Source of the DNA: a virus
Reading direction: 5' to 3' (one strand)
IMG/VR virus record: IMGVR_UViG_3300005673_000003
Location: 32,001-96,000 of that record
DNA: 64,000 bases
The notes beneath the pieces are model-generated. The model was not told where the DNA came from. It saw only the letters and a list, made by a program, of their open reading frames with translations, and made no database searches. Both the position numbers and the translations under genes were made by a program. The first letter of the stretch is position 1. Every line of letters begins with the position of its first letter. This document shows, piece by piece, positions 39,769 to 49,651 of this stretch.

Positions 39769-40509
39769 CTATTGCTGGGATTCCAGCGCTTTTAGACCTG
39801 CAGCAATGATTCGCCGGATCAGCCTGCTATCGCGCTCTGATGGACGAGAGCGGAGCTTGCGAATTGATTGATAAAACTCCTCTGGCAAGCGAATCTCGTA
39901 ATTCTCGGAGAAATAAGCTTTAGGAGGCATCACCTCTTCTGGATTTTCAGTTAAAGCCTTTGCCCCAGCTTCGACGACAAATCGAACTGCTTCCGGCTTC
40001 CATCGGCTTGAATCTCCCCAAGCAATGTGAGTAGGCCGAAATTTCTTTATCCGCTCCCACTCGCTTTCAGGCAACCGAAATGATACAGGCCGCTCTCTGG
40101 GTTCGCACTGAATCACCTCCAGGTGATTCGGCGCAATGCAGAGTTGATTCATGCAAAGCGTTCGGCTTTGCTCCTCTGCCTCCAGCTCTCGCCCCAGCTT
40201 TTTAGACAGTACGAAGCGGCGAACGGAATAGGTGCGCTTCGCATTGCGAAATACTGGCAACCCAAAATTATTGACAGCTCCACCCCAGATCATGCAGCCA
40301 CCCTCTAATGGAGGGGAGCTATCAGGAGCAGGCTGAGGGACGATTCGGCCAACCTCCTGCCAGCCAGCTAGAATATCCTCAAGCGATCGGTTCGCATAAT
40401 CCTGATTATTTGGCAACCGGATCATCTTGGATCTATCGGCTCCAGGCTCTTTTTTCCTCTTCTTTTTGGTCTTCCGCTTCAAAATACGTCCGTTGTGTGA
40501 TGTCAGCAT
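39769..40509 (-). CDS. Degenerate HNH-like domain fused to two RHH-like repeats
   Basis: CMIWGGA...LCMNQLCIAPNHL; VSFRLPESEWERIKK and YEIRLPEEFYQSIRK. Confidence 0.6.
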   Translation of the reverse strand: MLTSHNGRILKRKTKKKRKKEPGADRSKMIRLPNNQDYANRSLEDILAGWQEVGRIVPQPAPDSSPPLEGGCMIWGGAVNNFGLPVFRNAKRTYSVRRFVLSKKLGRELEAEEQSRTLCMNQLCIAPNHLEVIQCEPRERPVSFRLPESEWERIKKFRPTHIAWGDSSRWKPEAVRFVVEAGAKALTENPEEVMPPKAYFSENYEIRLPEEFYQSIRKLRSRPSERDSRLIRRIIAAGLKALESQQ

Positions 40510-40649
40510 ATATCAATCATTCTACCCTGTGTAACTACTAAAACCTTATACAAGTGAGGGCTGCAAGGATATGCGGATAAAACGCCTGTTCTAAAATCGA
40601 TTGATTTTAGGAGTCCGAGCTAGGGGTTAACCGGACTCCTAAAACCCTC

Positions 40650-42317
40650 TTAGATTGCGAATAGCTCCGAAACTTGCTCATCGGCTGATAAGCTTCCCAG
40701 CGAAGGAATTGTGATGATGTTTTCCGGCTTGATAAACCGCTTCAGGACTCCTGTATCAGCACTACCGATCGCCAGAGCGTAAACTTCAAAGCAGAGATGC
40801 TTCTGCTTTTTATTGAACTCTTCCAGCCAGGAATCGTATAAGGGAGCCTCCCCATCGGTAATCAGAAGGATATCAGCTCCTTTGTACTGCGAATACTTCT
40901 CGATGCACTCAACTGCTGAATCAAGGGGACGCATAAAGTTGGTGCCGCCATTGGAGAAGTAACCCATAGCAGACAGCATCCGGCCCAGATCTTTCTCTTT
41001 GGGGGCAAAGTCATCAATCCGCTTGACACAGGTATCGAATTGAATCAAGCGGAAATGACGCTTCTGCTTCTGCGCCAATCCCAGCATCGCCAAGCAAAGA
41101 GCCTTAGCTTCCATATTCGGGGTGCCTTCCATAGAGCCTGAAACGTCATCCAGGACAACCAGTGGGCCTCTGCCTAGTTTTTCCTTGCCGCCCATTTTGT
41201 ACTGAGTCAGGGAATGCTCGACCAAATCTTTTTTGAAGAGCTTGCGAGTCTTGGGCATGTGGAACTGGAGTAATTCGGCAGGGACGATCCGAGAAAGATC
41301 ATCTCCTTGCTCCAAGCTCTTGATTTCGCGAGGAACATTAATACTCTTTGACTCAGATTTCTTAGCAGCAATCTTTTTCAAGCGGCCAGCTTTTTTCAAG
41401 ATGCCCTTTAGCTTGCCGCTCCGCTGGATTTTACCAGCCAGGGATTGCAATTCATCCGAATTGCCGATGAACTGATCCTGCCCTTCCTCCAGGCCGTACC
41501 CAAGAGCAGCGAACATTTCTTGTGTCTCCTGGACGGATTCAGAAGCTTCTGCAAGCGCGAGGGAGATAGCACCTGCCAGCATTTCTTGCTGATCTTGCGG
41601 CATATCCTCCTGACTCATTGCACCTGACCCCTGACCCTGGCCCGGTTGACCTTGCTGACCCTGCTCTGATTCATCCCCCTCGCCCTCGCCAGAGCCGATC
41701 AAATCTTCCAAGGTCATTTCCATTGCTTCGTCCCGCAATATCTCTTCGCCTGCTTTCTGAGCATCCTGATTAGAATCGGCATTAAACATATTTTGTGTCC
41801 ATTTCTGGATAAAGCGGACGGCTTCCATGCCCTCTGCGGTCAATCGCTGAATGTCCGCTTTATCCTCCGGTCGCTTACGCCTCACCAGGGGCACTACTTG
41901 ACGGCGCAATTCATTCGGATTCTGCAGCGGCTGAGGAGGGGTAGCCAGCCGCTTAGCTAGAGATTGGATAAACACGTTTGCAGCCATCCCAGCTAGGAAA
42001 GCTTTGCCTTCCACCTGCTCTTGCAGCTCTTTGAAATCCTGGCTATCAGTCAGCTCATCATGGAGAATCTTTGCCCATTGAGCTTCCGGCTTAATCTTAG
42101 CTTCCGGCAAGCGGGTGCCCTCTTCCTCGGTTGTGTACGAGCTTTCATCTGCCGAGTAGAAGCGATGGAAAACTTCCGCTGCAAACTGGGGAAAGCTGTA
42201 AATCTTCTCAGAACCAATCTGGATGTACTGATCGCAATCCTGATCCTTGCGGCGAAATCTATAAAATTGACTCTTATCCCAGTAGGGGAGCTGATAAACC
42301 AGGGATTCTTCAAACAT
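40650..42317 (-). CDS. VWA (ViaA/CoxE-like) domain protein
   Basis: MIDAS DVSGSM...GGTNF...LITDG. Confidence 0.9.
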   Translation of the reverse strand: MFEESLVYQLPYWDKSQFYRFRRKDQDCDQYIQIGSEKIYSFPQFAAEVFHRFYSADESSYTTEEEGTRLPEAKIKPEAQWAKILHDELTDSQDFKELQEQVEGKAFLAGMAANVFIQSLAKRLATPPQPLQNPNELRRQVVPLVRRKRPEDKADIQRLTAEGMEAVRFIQKWTQNMFNADSNQDAQKAGEEILRDEAMEMTLEDLIGSGEGEGDESEQGQQGQPGQGQGSGAMSQEDMPQDQQEMLAGAISLALAEASESVQETQEMFAALGYGLEEGQDQFIGNSDELQSLAGKIQRSGKLKGILKKAGRLKKIAAKKSESKSINVPREIKSLEQGDDLSRIVPAELLQFHMPKTRKLFKKDLVEHSLTQYKMGGKEKLGRGPLVVLDDVSGSMEGTPNMEAKALCLAMLGLAQKQKRHFRLIQFDTCVKRIDDFAPKEKDLGRMLSAMGYFSNGGTNFMRPLDSAVECIEKYSQYKGADILLITDGEAPLYDSWLEEFNKKQKHLCFEVYALAIGSADTGVLKRFIKPENIITIPSLGSLSADEQVSELFAI

Positions 42318-42357
42318 AACGCCTTACTCCGATAATCGATTGATTTGCTTACTTACT

Positions 42358-42403
42358 AAGGTATGCGATCCACCCTAAAATGTCAACATCTATCAATCTT
42401 TTT
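42358..42403 (-). promoter_or_regulatory. Conserved sigma70 promoter, copy 3
   Basis: AAAAAGATTGATAGATG-TTGACA-17-TACCTT. Confidence 0.75.
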
Positions 42404-42496
42404 ACCTAAAAAGCAGGAAAGCCCGGAGGGGTATACCTTCCGGGCATTGTCTCGTAAGCACAATCAATCATGGAGCGAGACAAACTTGATTCCCGA

Positions 42497-43747
42497 TTAC
42501 GCTAGCTCAATCTCGGAGAGCTTGGCGATTACTTCCTTTTGATGGATCTGGGAAATACTGCTGTAAACCTTGTGAGCTGTCTTGCTCCGAGAGGATTCTT
42601 TGGGAGCGTTTTTCATGACAACTTCCAAGTCTGCCAATATTTCAGAAAGCTTACTATTGGCAGCATGAAGCGCGAATTTCAATTTAACTGTCGAGCCGGC
42701 GGAAGCGGAATTTTTCAGATTAGCGACTACTTGAGCCGCTGTCTTCGCCATCTCTTCTAACTCTTTATTCTTGTCGTCGAGAATCGCTTTGATAGCTTTT
42801 TCTACTTTGGGCTTCTCTTCTAAAGTTGACCAATAAACCGCTTTGAGGATTTCGATATGATCCTCAATCACAACGTCGCTACCGTGGAGCAGCGCATAGG
42901 CTTGCAGGATTCGCATGATTTGACTGACGCAGACACGATCGCTTTGCCGGATTCCCTCATCTTGCAGCCTGCGCTCCAGATCATCGAGCAAGTCAATGAT
43001 ATGCTCCCCAACCTTGACGGTTTTAACCATTGCCTGGTACTGCTCCAATTCCTCGATTGTGAATCGCTCTTTGATTTCGGGAGTCTTTTCCAGTCCCGCC
43101 GTCCGCATACGGAGCTTTTTCTTACTGCGAGGAGAAACATAATCAACCCAGTAGCGTAAAGGAATTCTGTTCCAGAACGCTTGCAGACGGCTATCCTCGT
43201 CGTCATCCGGCAATTCGTTTGACAGCCCGAACATCGAAACCAGGGGAGCGTTAACGACGCTCTTACCGTTAACCACTTGCTTATCCAGGATTAAGCCCAG
43301 GAGTAGGTTTAGAGATGCGCTATTGCACTTGAAAATTTCATCTAAAACCGCCAGATGCACATCGGCCAGCTTGCCATCCAGGTCGCGACAGGTTTCATTA
43401 TTCTCCAGCGCTCCCAGGTCAATCGAGCCTAGCAGCTCATCTGCGCGAGTATCAGCACCCAAGAGATAGTAAAAACTCTTCCCGGTAAAGGCTGAGATTA
43501 AATCGCGGCTCATCTCGGTCTTACCAGTACCAGGAGCACCTCCGGCAAACAAGTTATATCCGGTCAGCAGAGCAACCAGCATCCCCTTAGACAAATCCTC
43601 TCTTTCCAGCCATTTAGCAGAGAGCTGATTTGCTAGGTTCAGCAGACGAGCAGGGTTAGGGATATTCAGATCAGCGGAAACCGCTTCTAGCTCAGCAGAT
43701 TCTGCTTTGATTGCTTTGCCATTCAGGGTTGCTTTAACAGTAGCCAT
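42497..43747 (-). CDS. MoxR/RavA-like AAA+ ATPase
   Basis: GAPGTGKT, LDEIFK, SNELP, SDR. Confidence 0.9.
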   Translation of the reverse strand: MATVKATLNGKAIKAESAELEAVSADLNIPNPARLLNLANQLSAKWLEREDLSKGMLVALLTGYNLFAGGAPGTGKTEMSRDLISAFTGKSFYYLLGADTRADELLGSIDLGALENNETCRDLDGKLADVHLAVLDEIFKCNSASLNLLLGLILDKQVVNGKSVVNAPLVSMFGLSNELPDDDEDSRLQAFWNRIPLRYWVDYVSPRSKKKLRMRTAGLEKTPEIKERFTIEELEQYQAMVKTVKVGEHIIDLLDDLERRLQDEGIRQSDRVCVSQIMRILQAYALLHGSDVVIEDHIEILKAVYWSTLEEKPKVEKAIKAILDDKNKELEEMAKTAAQVVANLKNSASAGSTVKLKFALHAANSKLSEILADLEVVMKNAPKESSRSKTAHKVYSSISQIHQKEVIAKLSEIELA

Positions 43748-43957
43748 AACGCTCTTCTCCGTTAATTGATTGATTGCTGCTTACATTCAATATACTAAGC
43801 CTATATTTACCGTATGGCAAGGGTTTTGGTAAAAATAATTTTGTTGATTGATAGGAGCTTACATTATCAGGGTTTTGCGGGATATTGCATAAAAAAAGAG
43901 GGTGTATCGTGGCACCCTCCATAAATCAATCAATAAGCTGTCGTTATGAAATCCGAT

Positions 43958-44314
43958 TTAATCCATAGGCACTCCGTTTCTAGATAGAAAACCTTTGATC
44001 AGCTCCCCTACTACATCAGACATCTGTTTTTCATGCTGGATGCAGTAGATTTTCAGAGCCTGATGGAGCGATCGCTGGACGTACACCCCACCAAGGTTGA
44101 TGTAGTCTGGGTTTCGATGCTTTGCAGCCTGCTCCCCCTGCCCCTTATAAAGCACTTTAGGAGAGCCTTGCTGCTCGGTAGGTGATTTCCCCTTACCTTT
44201 CCCCTTAGCGCTGCTTTTGGCTGGGCTGATGGAGGCAACGGGAGGAGGGGAAGGCTCTGGTAGCTCCGGCTCTGGAGATGCTTTTTTCTGAAATAAATTT
44301 TTGAGCTTTGACAT
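43958..44314 (-). CDS. ParG-like ribbon-helix-helix partition protein
   Basis: Disordered N-terminus, then NPDY..LGGVYVQRSLHQALKIYC...MSDVVGELI; directly downstream of parA. Confidence 0.75.
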   Translation of the reverse strand: MSKLKNLFQKKASPEPELPEPSPPPVASISPAKSSAKGKGKGKSPTEQQGSPKVLYKGQGEQAAKHRNPDYINLGGVYVQRSLHQALKIYCIQHEKQMSDVVGELIKGFLSRNGVPMD

Positions 44315-44353
44315 GGTATTCCCTGAGATGAAGATTTTTAGATTTCTAGAATT

Positions 44354-45052
44354 CTATCGCTTAAGAGACTCCAGGAGTTCACTGCCAACCCATTCGTAGT
44401 AAATCCAGGCAACTTGGCCCGACTTACCGAGCAGGTTTAAGCTTTTCCCTTCCAGCGCTGCCCGTTGGTGGATGGCCCGTTGCAGCCTGGTATGAGCTGA
44501 GAAGATGGGAATATCTTCTTCCCGGAATGACTCTAAAATCTCAATCGTCAGGGAGCTGGCCCAAATTGATTGATTCTTGAACTCGCCAGCTTGCTTCTGG
44601 ACTCTGCCGGGAGGAGTTGCTTGGGTCAGGAGGATTCGATAATTCTTGATACCCCGGTCATTCATATACCGAGCCTGGGATAAGGCTACACCCAAATCGA
44701 GCGCATCGGGCTTGGTTGGCACTACGAGCAGAGAAGAGTTCTCAGCGAGTGCGGTCAGATCTTCCGCGTCGGGTCGAGCAGGGGTATCAATCACGATGAA
44801 TTCGTATTCATCCATATCACCCGGATCATCGGCATCCACTACCTTGAAGGGGTACAGATCTGCCCCTCCTCGCTCTACCCAATCCAGTGCTGAGCGGTTT
44901 TGATCTCCATCAATCAGGAGAGTGCTTCCGATCTCTCCCAGATAGGTAGCCAGATGAATTGCTGTGGTAGTTTTTCCGACTCCTCCCTTAAAAGCTGCCA
45001 GGGAGATGATTTGCGGCTCTTTTGCCTTTCCTCGCTTCCTTGATTTCGCCAT
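44354..45052 (-). CDS. parA: ParA family partition ATPase (type Ib, no N-terminal HTH)
   Basis: KGGVGKTT, LLIDGD, IVIDTP. Confidence 0.92.
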   Translation of the reverse strand: MAKSRKRGKAKEPQIISLAAFKGGVGKTTTAIHLATYLGEIGSTLLIDGDQNRSALDWVERGGADLYPFKVVDADDPGDMDEYEFIVIDTPARPDAEDLTALAENSSLLVVPTKPDALDLGVALSQARYMNDRGIKNYRILLTQATPPGRVQKQAGEFKNQSIWASSLTIEILESFREEDIPIFSAHTRLQRAIHQRAALEGKSLNLLGKSGQVAWIYYEWVGSELLESLKR

Positions 45053-45074
45053 ATTGCCACCTTGATAATCGATT

Positions 45075-45120
45075 GATTTTAGATTTTTAGATTTTGCAAT
45101 TTCTAGATTTCTAGATTTTA
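45075..45120. repeat. Octamer (ATTTYTAG) array upstream of parA; putative centromere/operator
   Basis: TTTTAGATTTTTAGATTTTGCAATTTCTAGATTTCTAGATTTTA. Similar arrays at 44332, 46547, 49617, 17245 and 13393. Confidence 0.7.
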
Positions 45121-45130
45121 CAGCAAGCTA

Positions 45131-45988
45131 TCAAGATTTCTCCTTTCTTGCCATGAGCATCACGGCAGCATCCGCGCTAACCTTATGAAGCGCGGCTTTA
45201 ACGGAAAGCCCTCGCAGATGCCAGCGAAGAGCGCTAGCTATGGTTCTCCGGCGATCATCGTCGGTACTAATACCCTTAGTTTCAGGTTTGGATTCAATGC
45301 TCTCGTAAATGTTAGCGACTTGCCCCCTGATAAAATCGACTGTTGTAATTGGCAGCAATTTGCATAATGAGTCGAGCGAAAGCCTTGAGAACCGATCCCT
45401 ACCATCTGGCACCTTAAGATTCTCCCAATCCTTAAATTTGAAGGCAGGGGCACCCATACTAGCCGCTGCGTTAGCGATCTCTATTTGCTTCTTGAACTCG
45501 ACATTCTCAAGCGGATTGAGGTCGAACAGGGTTTCGCTTAAGTTGGGAGCTGGCTTGCTAATATCGGCAGCCGCTTCCCAAGCATCCCTCGCAAGGTTGT
45601 ACAAATCCGTATACGAAAAACCAAGAGCGGCAATTGCATCATAGGATTCCCCAGGAGGAGCAAAGTCAATGCCTGGAAATTGATTAATTATCGACCAAAG
45701 CTCTTGATAGAATGCTCCCTTCGATGCTGCCAGCTCTTTCAGAATAAAAAAATGAACATTCTCGAACGGGCAATAAACCATCGGCTGCACTTTGCCTGAC
45801 AGCTCCAAGCACTTATTCAATCCTGCCCGAAGCCCACGGAGGCAAACGTAGTTAAGGGGAGCCTTTCGATCGTCAAACTTAAATTCAACCGCTTCCAATT
45901 TGGAGCCATCATCTAAATAGATGTGGGCCAGCCCGACTGCTGTATCTACACGAGCTAAGCCAACGAAAAACACCTTAGGCCGCTGCAT
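45131..45988 (-). CDS. RNase HI-family homologue, catalytic residues apparently lost
   Basis: RNase H-like N-terminus (GLRAGLNKCLEL) plus C-terminal GRDRFS...ALRWHLRGL...HKV, which I recall from cyanobacterial RNase HI-family proteins. Confidence 0.55.
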   Translation of the reverse strand: MQRPKVFFVGLARVDTAVGLAHIYLDDGSKLEAVEFKFDDRKAPLNYVCLRGLRAGLNKCLELSGKVQPMVYCPFENVHFFILKELAASKGAFYQELWSIINQFPGIDFAPPGESYDAIAALGFSYTDLYNLARDAWEAAADISKPAPNLSETLFDLNPLENVEFKKQIEIANAAASMGAPAFKFKDWENLKVPDGRDRFSRLSLDSLCKLLPITTVDFIRGQVANIYESIESKPETKGISTDDDRRRTIASALRWHLRGLSVKAALHKVSADAAVMLMARKEKS

Positions 45989-46535
45989 CTTTGCCCTCCT
46001 CTTGCTCCTGCTCTTGCCATGATTCCATCAACTGCTTTTCTATCTGCTCCCAACCAGGAAGCTTGCGAATGTCCAGCTTCAAAGCGCTGTAAATTGCCGG
46101 ATCAAGTAATACTCCAACCTCCCAGCGATTCTCAAAATGCTGGACAGCGTAGCTATGCCCGTCTCCAAAAATTCCGTGAGGGATAACTTTCAATTCTTCC
46201 TCAGTCCATCCTGCCAGCTCTGCATAGCAACGCAACCGGAAATCGACAGAATAAAACACATCGTCGTCATCGTAAATTTTAATCCAGCAGTGGGGAAACT
46301 CGATGTACTGCAGCGTGCCAGATTCATCCTCGCGGCTGAGGATAGCGCTCCCCCAACAGATAAGGGTAGGGATACCCAATAGCTCTAGATCATGGGCTAC
46401 CAACCGGGAGCAGCCATCGCACTCAGTTGGAGATTGATCAGCACTTCGCAGGTAGGCTTCCAGGGTTTGACGCGATAGCTTACCCCCACCAAAAGTCGCG
46501 TTCAGCATCCATTCCGGCTCAAATCCACTTTCCAT
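45975..46535 (-). CDS. Transglutaminase-like (Cys-His-Asp) protein
   Basis: ECDGCSR...PHCWI...VDFR. Confidence 0.5.
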   Translation of the reverse strand: MESGFEPEWMLNATFGGGKLSRQTLEAYLRSADQSPTECDGCSRLVAHDLELLGIPTLICWGSAILSREDESGTLQYIEFPHCWIKIYDDDDVFYSVDFRLRCYAELAGWTEEELKVIPHGIFGDGHSYAVQHFENRWEVGVLLDPAIYSALKLDIRKLPGWEQIEKQLMESWQEQEQEEGKDAAA

Positions 46536-46623
46536 AACTCCACGTCCTAGAAATCTAAAAATCTAAAAATCTGAAAATAAAGGGGGAAAGCGTTATCCCC
46601 CTCTTAATCAATCAATTCGCAAC

Positions 46624-48003
46624 TTAGAAGCCAGCGAGGGCAACATCATCTAGCTCAATCTCTGCAGCGGCTTCCGGCTCCATGTCAAGCTCTTCCTCTT
46701 CTGTAGGCTCTTCAGTTTCCTCAACTTCTGGATGGGGAGCGGGAGCTGGAGGAGCGGGAGCCTCTTCCTCGGCCTCCTCTTCAGCCTCCTCTTCCTTGAT
46801 TTCTGGGGTGGGGGGAGCGGGAACCTCTTCGGGTGCATCCATTCCGACCAGGGAGAGTAGCTTAGAGGCAGTGCCCTTAAGGATACCGGAGTAAGAGCGT
46901 GCTTCAATCCGCAACTCTTTGAGGAGGCAATCTTTCTCCTCGCCATCCTCCATTGCAGCCATCGTATCAATGCGTTGCTTAAGGTCTTTCAGGCGGTCTT
47001 CCAGCGAGGATACGCCGCACCATTTTGACAATTCAGCATTAGCGGCAGTAGGCTCTTGAATCCAATCTTGATCTAATAGCTCTTCCTGGATTTTATCAAG
47101 CCGTACTTGCAGTTCCCCTTTATCTTTGGGGTAGGAGGGGAACTGGGGGCTAAATTCCAGCGCTTTATCTGCCAGGGAGCGCACCGGATCTCCAATCTGC
47201 CCACCACCGGACATCTCATCGAATAGCTCGACTAACCCCTGGATGCTCGACCAGGAATTCGCTAGGTGGGGAACCGTTTTTTCATCGGGAGCGGCAGGGT
47301 CAAAATCTCGGAGGCGATTGAAGAAAAGCGCGATCGCCTTGGAGAGTTTAGCGGAAGTTTTGGGGAGATCTTCCTGCATCGTCTTGCGAATTTGACCCAT
47401 CCAGAACTGTAATTCTGGAGACATTTTGGCAATTTCTGTGATCGAGGGAACCCGGATCGGCCCCTCCTTAAGATTGAGCTTGAAATTCTCGCGAATCTGG
47501 TCATTAGTAGGGAATTCCAGGGAGTACTTGTAAAAATCCTCCATCGCATCTGCTTGCGTCAAGATTGCCTGCAGCCGACCGTCATAAATTTGATGTGCTT
47601 CTTCTGCGCTATCGAGCAATTCTTGGATCAGCTCCTCTTGGAGCTTCATCAACTCTTCCCAGCCAGCATCAAAATCAGCTTTGAATCGAGCAGGAAACCA
47701 CCAGCGGTTATCTCCTGCGCTAATCATCTGGCACTTGCGCTGCAAGGTATCGAAGGCATTCCCCAACTTGGTGCCAGCTTCCCGAATCCCCCACTTCTTA
47801 GAGCCTTTCATTACCTGGAAAACAGGCAACGTAAATTTAGCGTCCGCTCCGTTACTCTTAAGGGTAGCCATTAGACCGGGAGCAGCCAGCTTCTCATTCT
47901 TCAAGGAGACGTAACCTTTACCTACAGACTGAGTAACGACCACAAAGTAGCTACCTTCAGGAGCACCATTAGCAGGGACGAGATCAGGAGTATTGCTGGT
48001 CAT
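46624..48003 (-). CDS. DUF3150-like helical protein with acidic tail
   Basis: RWWFP...FPTNDQIRENFK pattern; E/A/P-rich C-terminus; start MTSNT at 48003. Confidence 0.5.
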   Translation of the reverse strand: MTSNTPDLVPANGAPEGSYFVVVTQSVGKGYVSLKNEKLAAPGLMATLKSNGADAKFTLPVFQVMKGSKKWGIREAGTKLGNAFDTLQRKCQMISAGDNRWWFPARFKADFDAGWEELMKLQEELIQELLDSAEEAHQIYDGRLQAILTQADAMEDFYKYSLEFPTNDQIRENFKLNLKEGPIRVPSITEIAKMSPELQFWMGQIRKTMQEDLPKTSAKLSKAIALFFNRLRDFDPAAPDEKTVPHLANSWSSIQGLVELFDEMSGGGQIGDPVRSLADKALEFSPQFPSYPKDKGELQVRLDKIQEELLDQDWIQEPTAANAELSKWCGVSSLEDRLKDLKQRIDTMAAMEDGEEKDCLLKELRIEARSYSGILKGTASKLLSLVGMDAPEEVPAPPTPEIKEEEAEEEAEEEAPAPPAPAPHPEVEETEEPTEEEELDMEPEAAAEIELDDVALAGF

Positions 48004-48042
48004 GATTGCCTTCCGCTTACCGATAATTGATTGATTAATCCA

Positions 48043-48090
48043 ATAGTAGCGGCCCACCCCAAAAATGTCAACAACTATCAATCAATTATT
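48043..48090 (-). promoter_or_regulatory. Conserved sigma70 promoter, copy 4
   Basis: AATTGATTGATAGTTG-TTGACA-17-TACTAT. Confidence 0.78.
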
Positions 48091-48196
48091 TTAGATCCCC
48101 GCGAATCCCCCATTATGTAAGGAAAAATAAAGCCTGCAGGATAGGAGCCTGCAGGCTAGAAGGAAGTATCTCTTAAGTACTATTGTACTTGGAGGA

Positions 48197-48442
48197 CTAT
48201 CCAACCTTACCTTTCTCCCGCTCCTCCTTACGTTGCCGCCGAAATTCCCGAAAATCCTCCCAAGCTCCATAATTTGAGACAGCCGCCTTAAAGCGCTTAA
48301 CCCACCGAGCCATAGCCTCTTCCCAGACGTAAGAAGCGAGGAGCGCTAAGTAGCCGATAACTACTACAAGAGCAGCTAAGCCGATTGTATATAGAACATA
48401 GGCTGAAATAAACTGACAGAATTCAAAGTATGATTGCAGCAT
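48197..48442 (-). CDS. Small membrane protein
   Basis: TM plus basic tail. Confidence 0.6.
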   Translation of the reverse strand: MLQSYFEFCQFISAYVLYTIGLAALVVVIGYLALLASYVWEEAMARWVKRFKAAVSNYGAWEDFREFRRQRKEEREKGKVG

Positions 48443-48655
48443 TTTCCCTCTTAATCAATCAATTATTCATCGAGCCATGCTTTGCATCGCCAAGCAGCGC
48501 TAATGATTGCGTGCCCAAGCTCCGGGCTGGGGGCAGAGTAGACTCTAAAGATTCGCTCCAGCATTGCAAAAACCTGTGAATTTGAGATGGGGAGCGCTGG
48601 CTGGTTAGCGTCCAGGTAGGAGCTAAGGACGATCGTTGAAGCGTAGAAATCAATT

Positions 48656-49108
48656 TCAGCAGGAGATTGCGGCATCCTCTTCCTCCTCCTCGTCCTCATC
48701 CTCTTCTTCTGCTGGGAAGGAGTACTTGCGCTCCTTCTGCTCGGAAGCATCGTAAACGGGCTGACTCCATCCCTGCACGATAAACTCTTTGGCTCCTGCT
48801 TCCGATGGATCGGACTGGAAAACCAGCAACCGGAGTTTGTAATCTCCGTTGACAATATCGTATTCCCCATTCTGGTCATACCGTTGAGCGAAAATCTCAG
48901 CCGCTAATCTAGGCTCAGTTGCGTAAACCTTGGATTCCCAATCACCCTGAGAATGATCTTCGATTTGAGCATTCTTATCGCCAGGGTAGCTCTCGTCGAT
49001 TCGCTCCAGAACCTTCACTCGGTAGGCTATGCAATTATGAGTTCCCGACCATCCAAGCCAAGCAAATTTATCGCAACGGGAGCAGCGATCGTAAGTGGCA
49101 GCCATCAA
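48656..49108 (-). CDS. Hypothetical protein with N-terminal CxxC and acidic tail
   Basis: GGAGG RBS; overlaps the upstream stop. Confidence 0.65.
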   Translation of the reverse strand: MMAATYDRCSRCDKFAWLGWSGTHNCIAYRVKVLERIDESYPGDKNAQIEDHSQGDWESKVYATEPRLAAEIFAQRYDQNGEYDIVNGDYKLRLLVFQSDPSEAGAKEFIVQGWSQPVYDASEQKERKYSFPAEEEDEDEEEEEDAAISC

Positions 49109-49590
49109 GCCAACCCTCCATCGACCAGATTCCAGATAGCGTTGTACTGCTCAGGGGTGAGCGTCATTTTTGCGGCCTGGATGAATCGCTGATTTCGCTC
49201 CTTCGCTTTTGATAATGCGGTGCAGACTACTCTAATATGCAATCCCTTAATCGCTCTAGCCTTGGTAAGCCGGAGAAAATAATCAGTATCAGCTCTTTCT
49301 CCCGTATCGTACTTTTTCGCTGCCGCTGCCGCATACTTAGCGTTTATCAGCGTCAGCTCTGCATCTAGGATGAGCTTCAAATCTTTGAGAGTATCGAGCG
49401 GCAGATTATCCAGATCTTCCTGAGTGAAAACTCCCATTACTGTTTCAATGGTTAGAGCTGCCTTAACTTCGCCTCGCCGCTCAGCCTGAATCTCTTCTAC
49501 CGAAAGATGCGTTGGCTTACTGGGAATTCGGGGATTGGGCGAAATTGTGGGTAAAGTTGGCCGCTGTAGAGCCTGGGATTGATTTTGCAT
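49105..49590 (-). CDS. Hypothetical protein
   Basis: GGAGG RBS. Confidence 0.7.
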   Translation of the reverse strand: MQNQSQALQRPTLPTISPNPRIPSKPTHLSVEEIQAERRGEVKAALTIETVMGVFTQEDLDNLPLDTLKDLKLILDAELTLINAKYAAAAAKKYDTGERADTDYFLRLTKARAIKGLHIRVVCTALSKAKERNQRFIQAAKMTLTPEQYNAIWNLVDGGLA

Positions 49591-49651
49591 TATTCCTCCA
49601 GCTAATTAATTGATTGATTTTTAGAAATCTAAATTTCCAGATTTCTAATTT

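Noticed and set aside
48463-48879. 138-aa ORF as listed
   Set aside because: Its 5' half overlaps the better-supported 48656-49108 gene. Only the part from MPQSPAE onward may be real.
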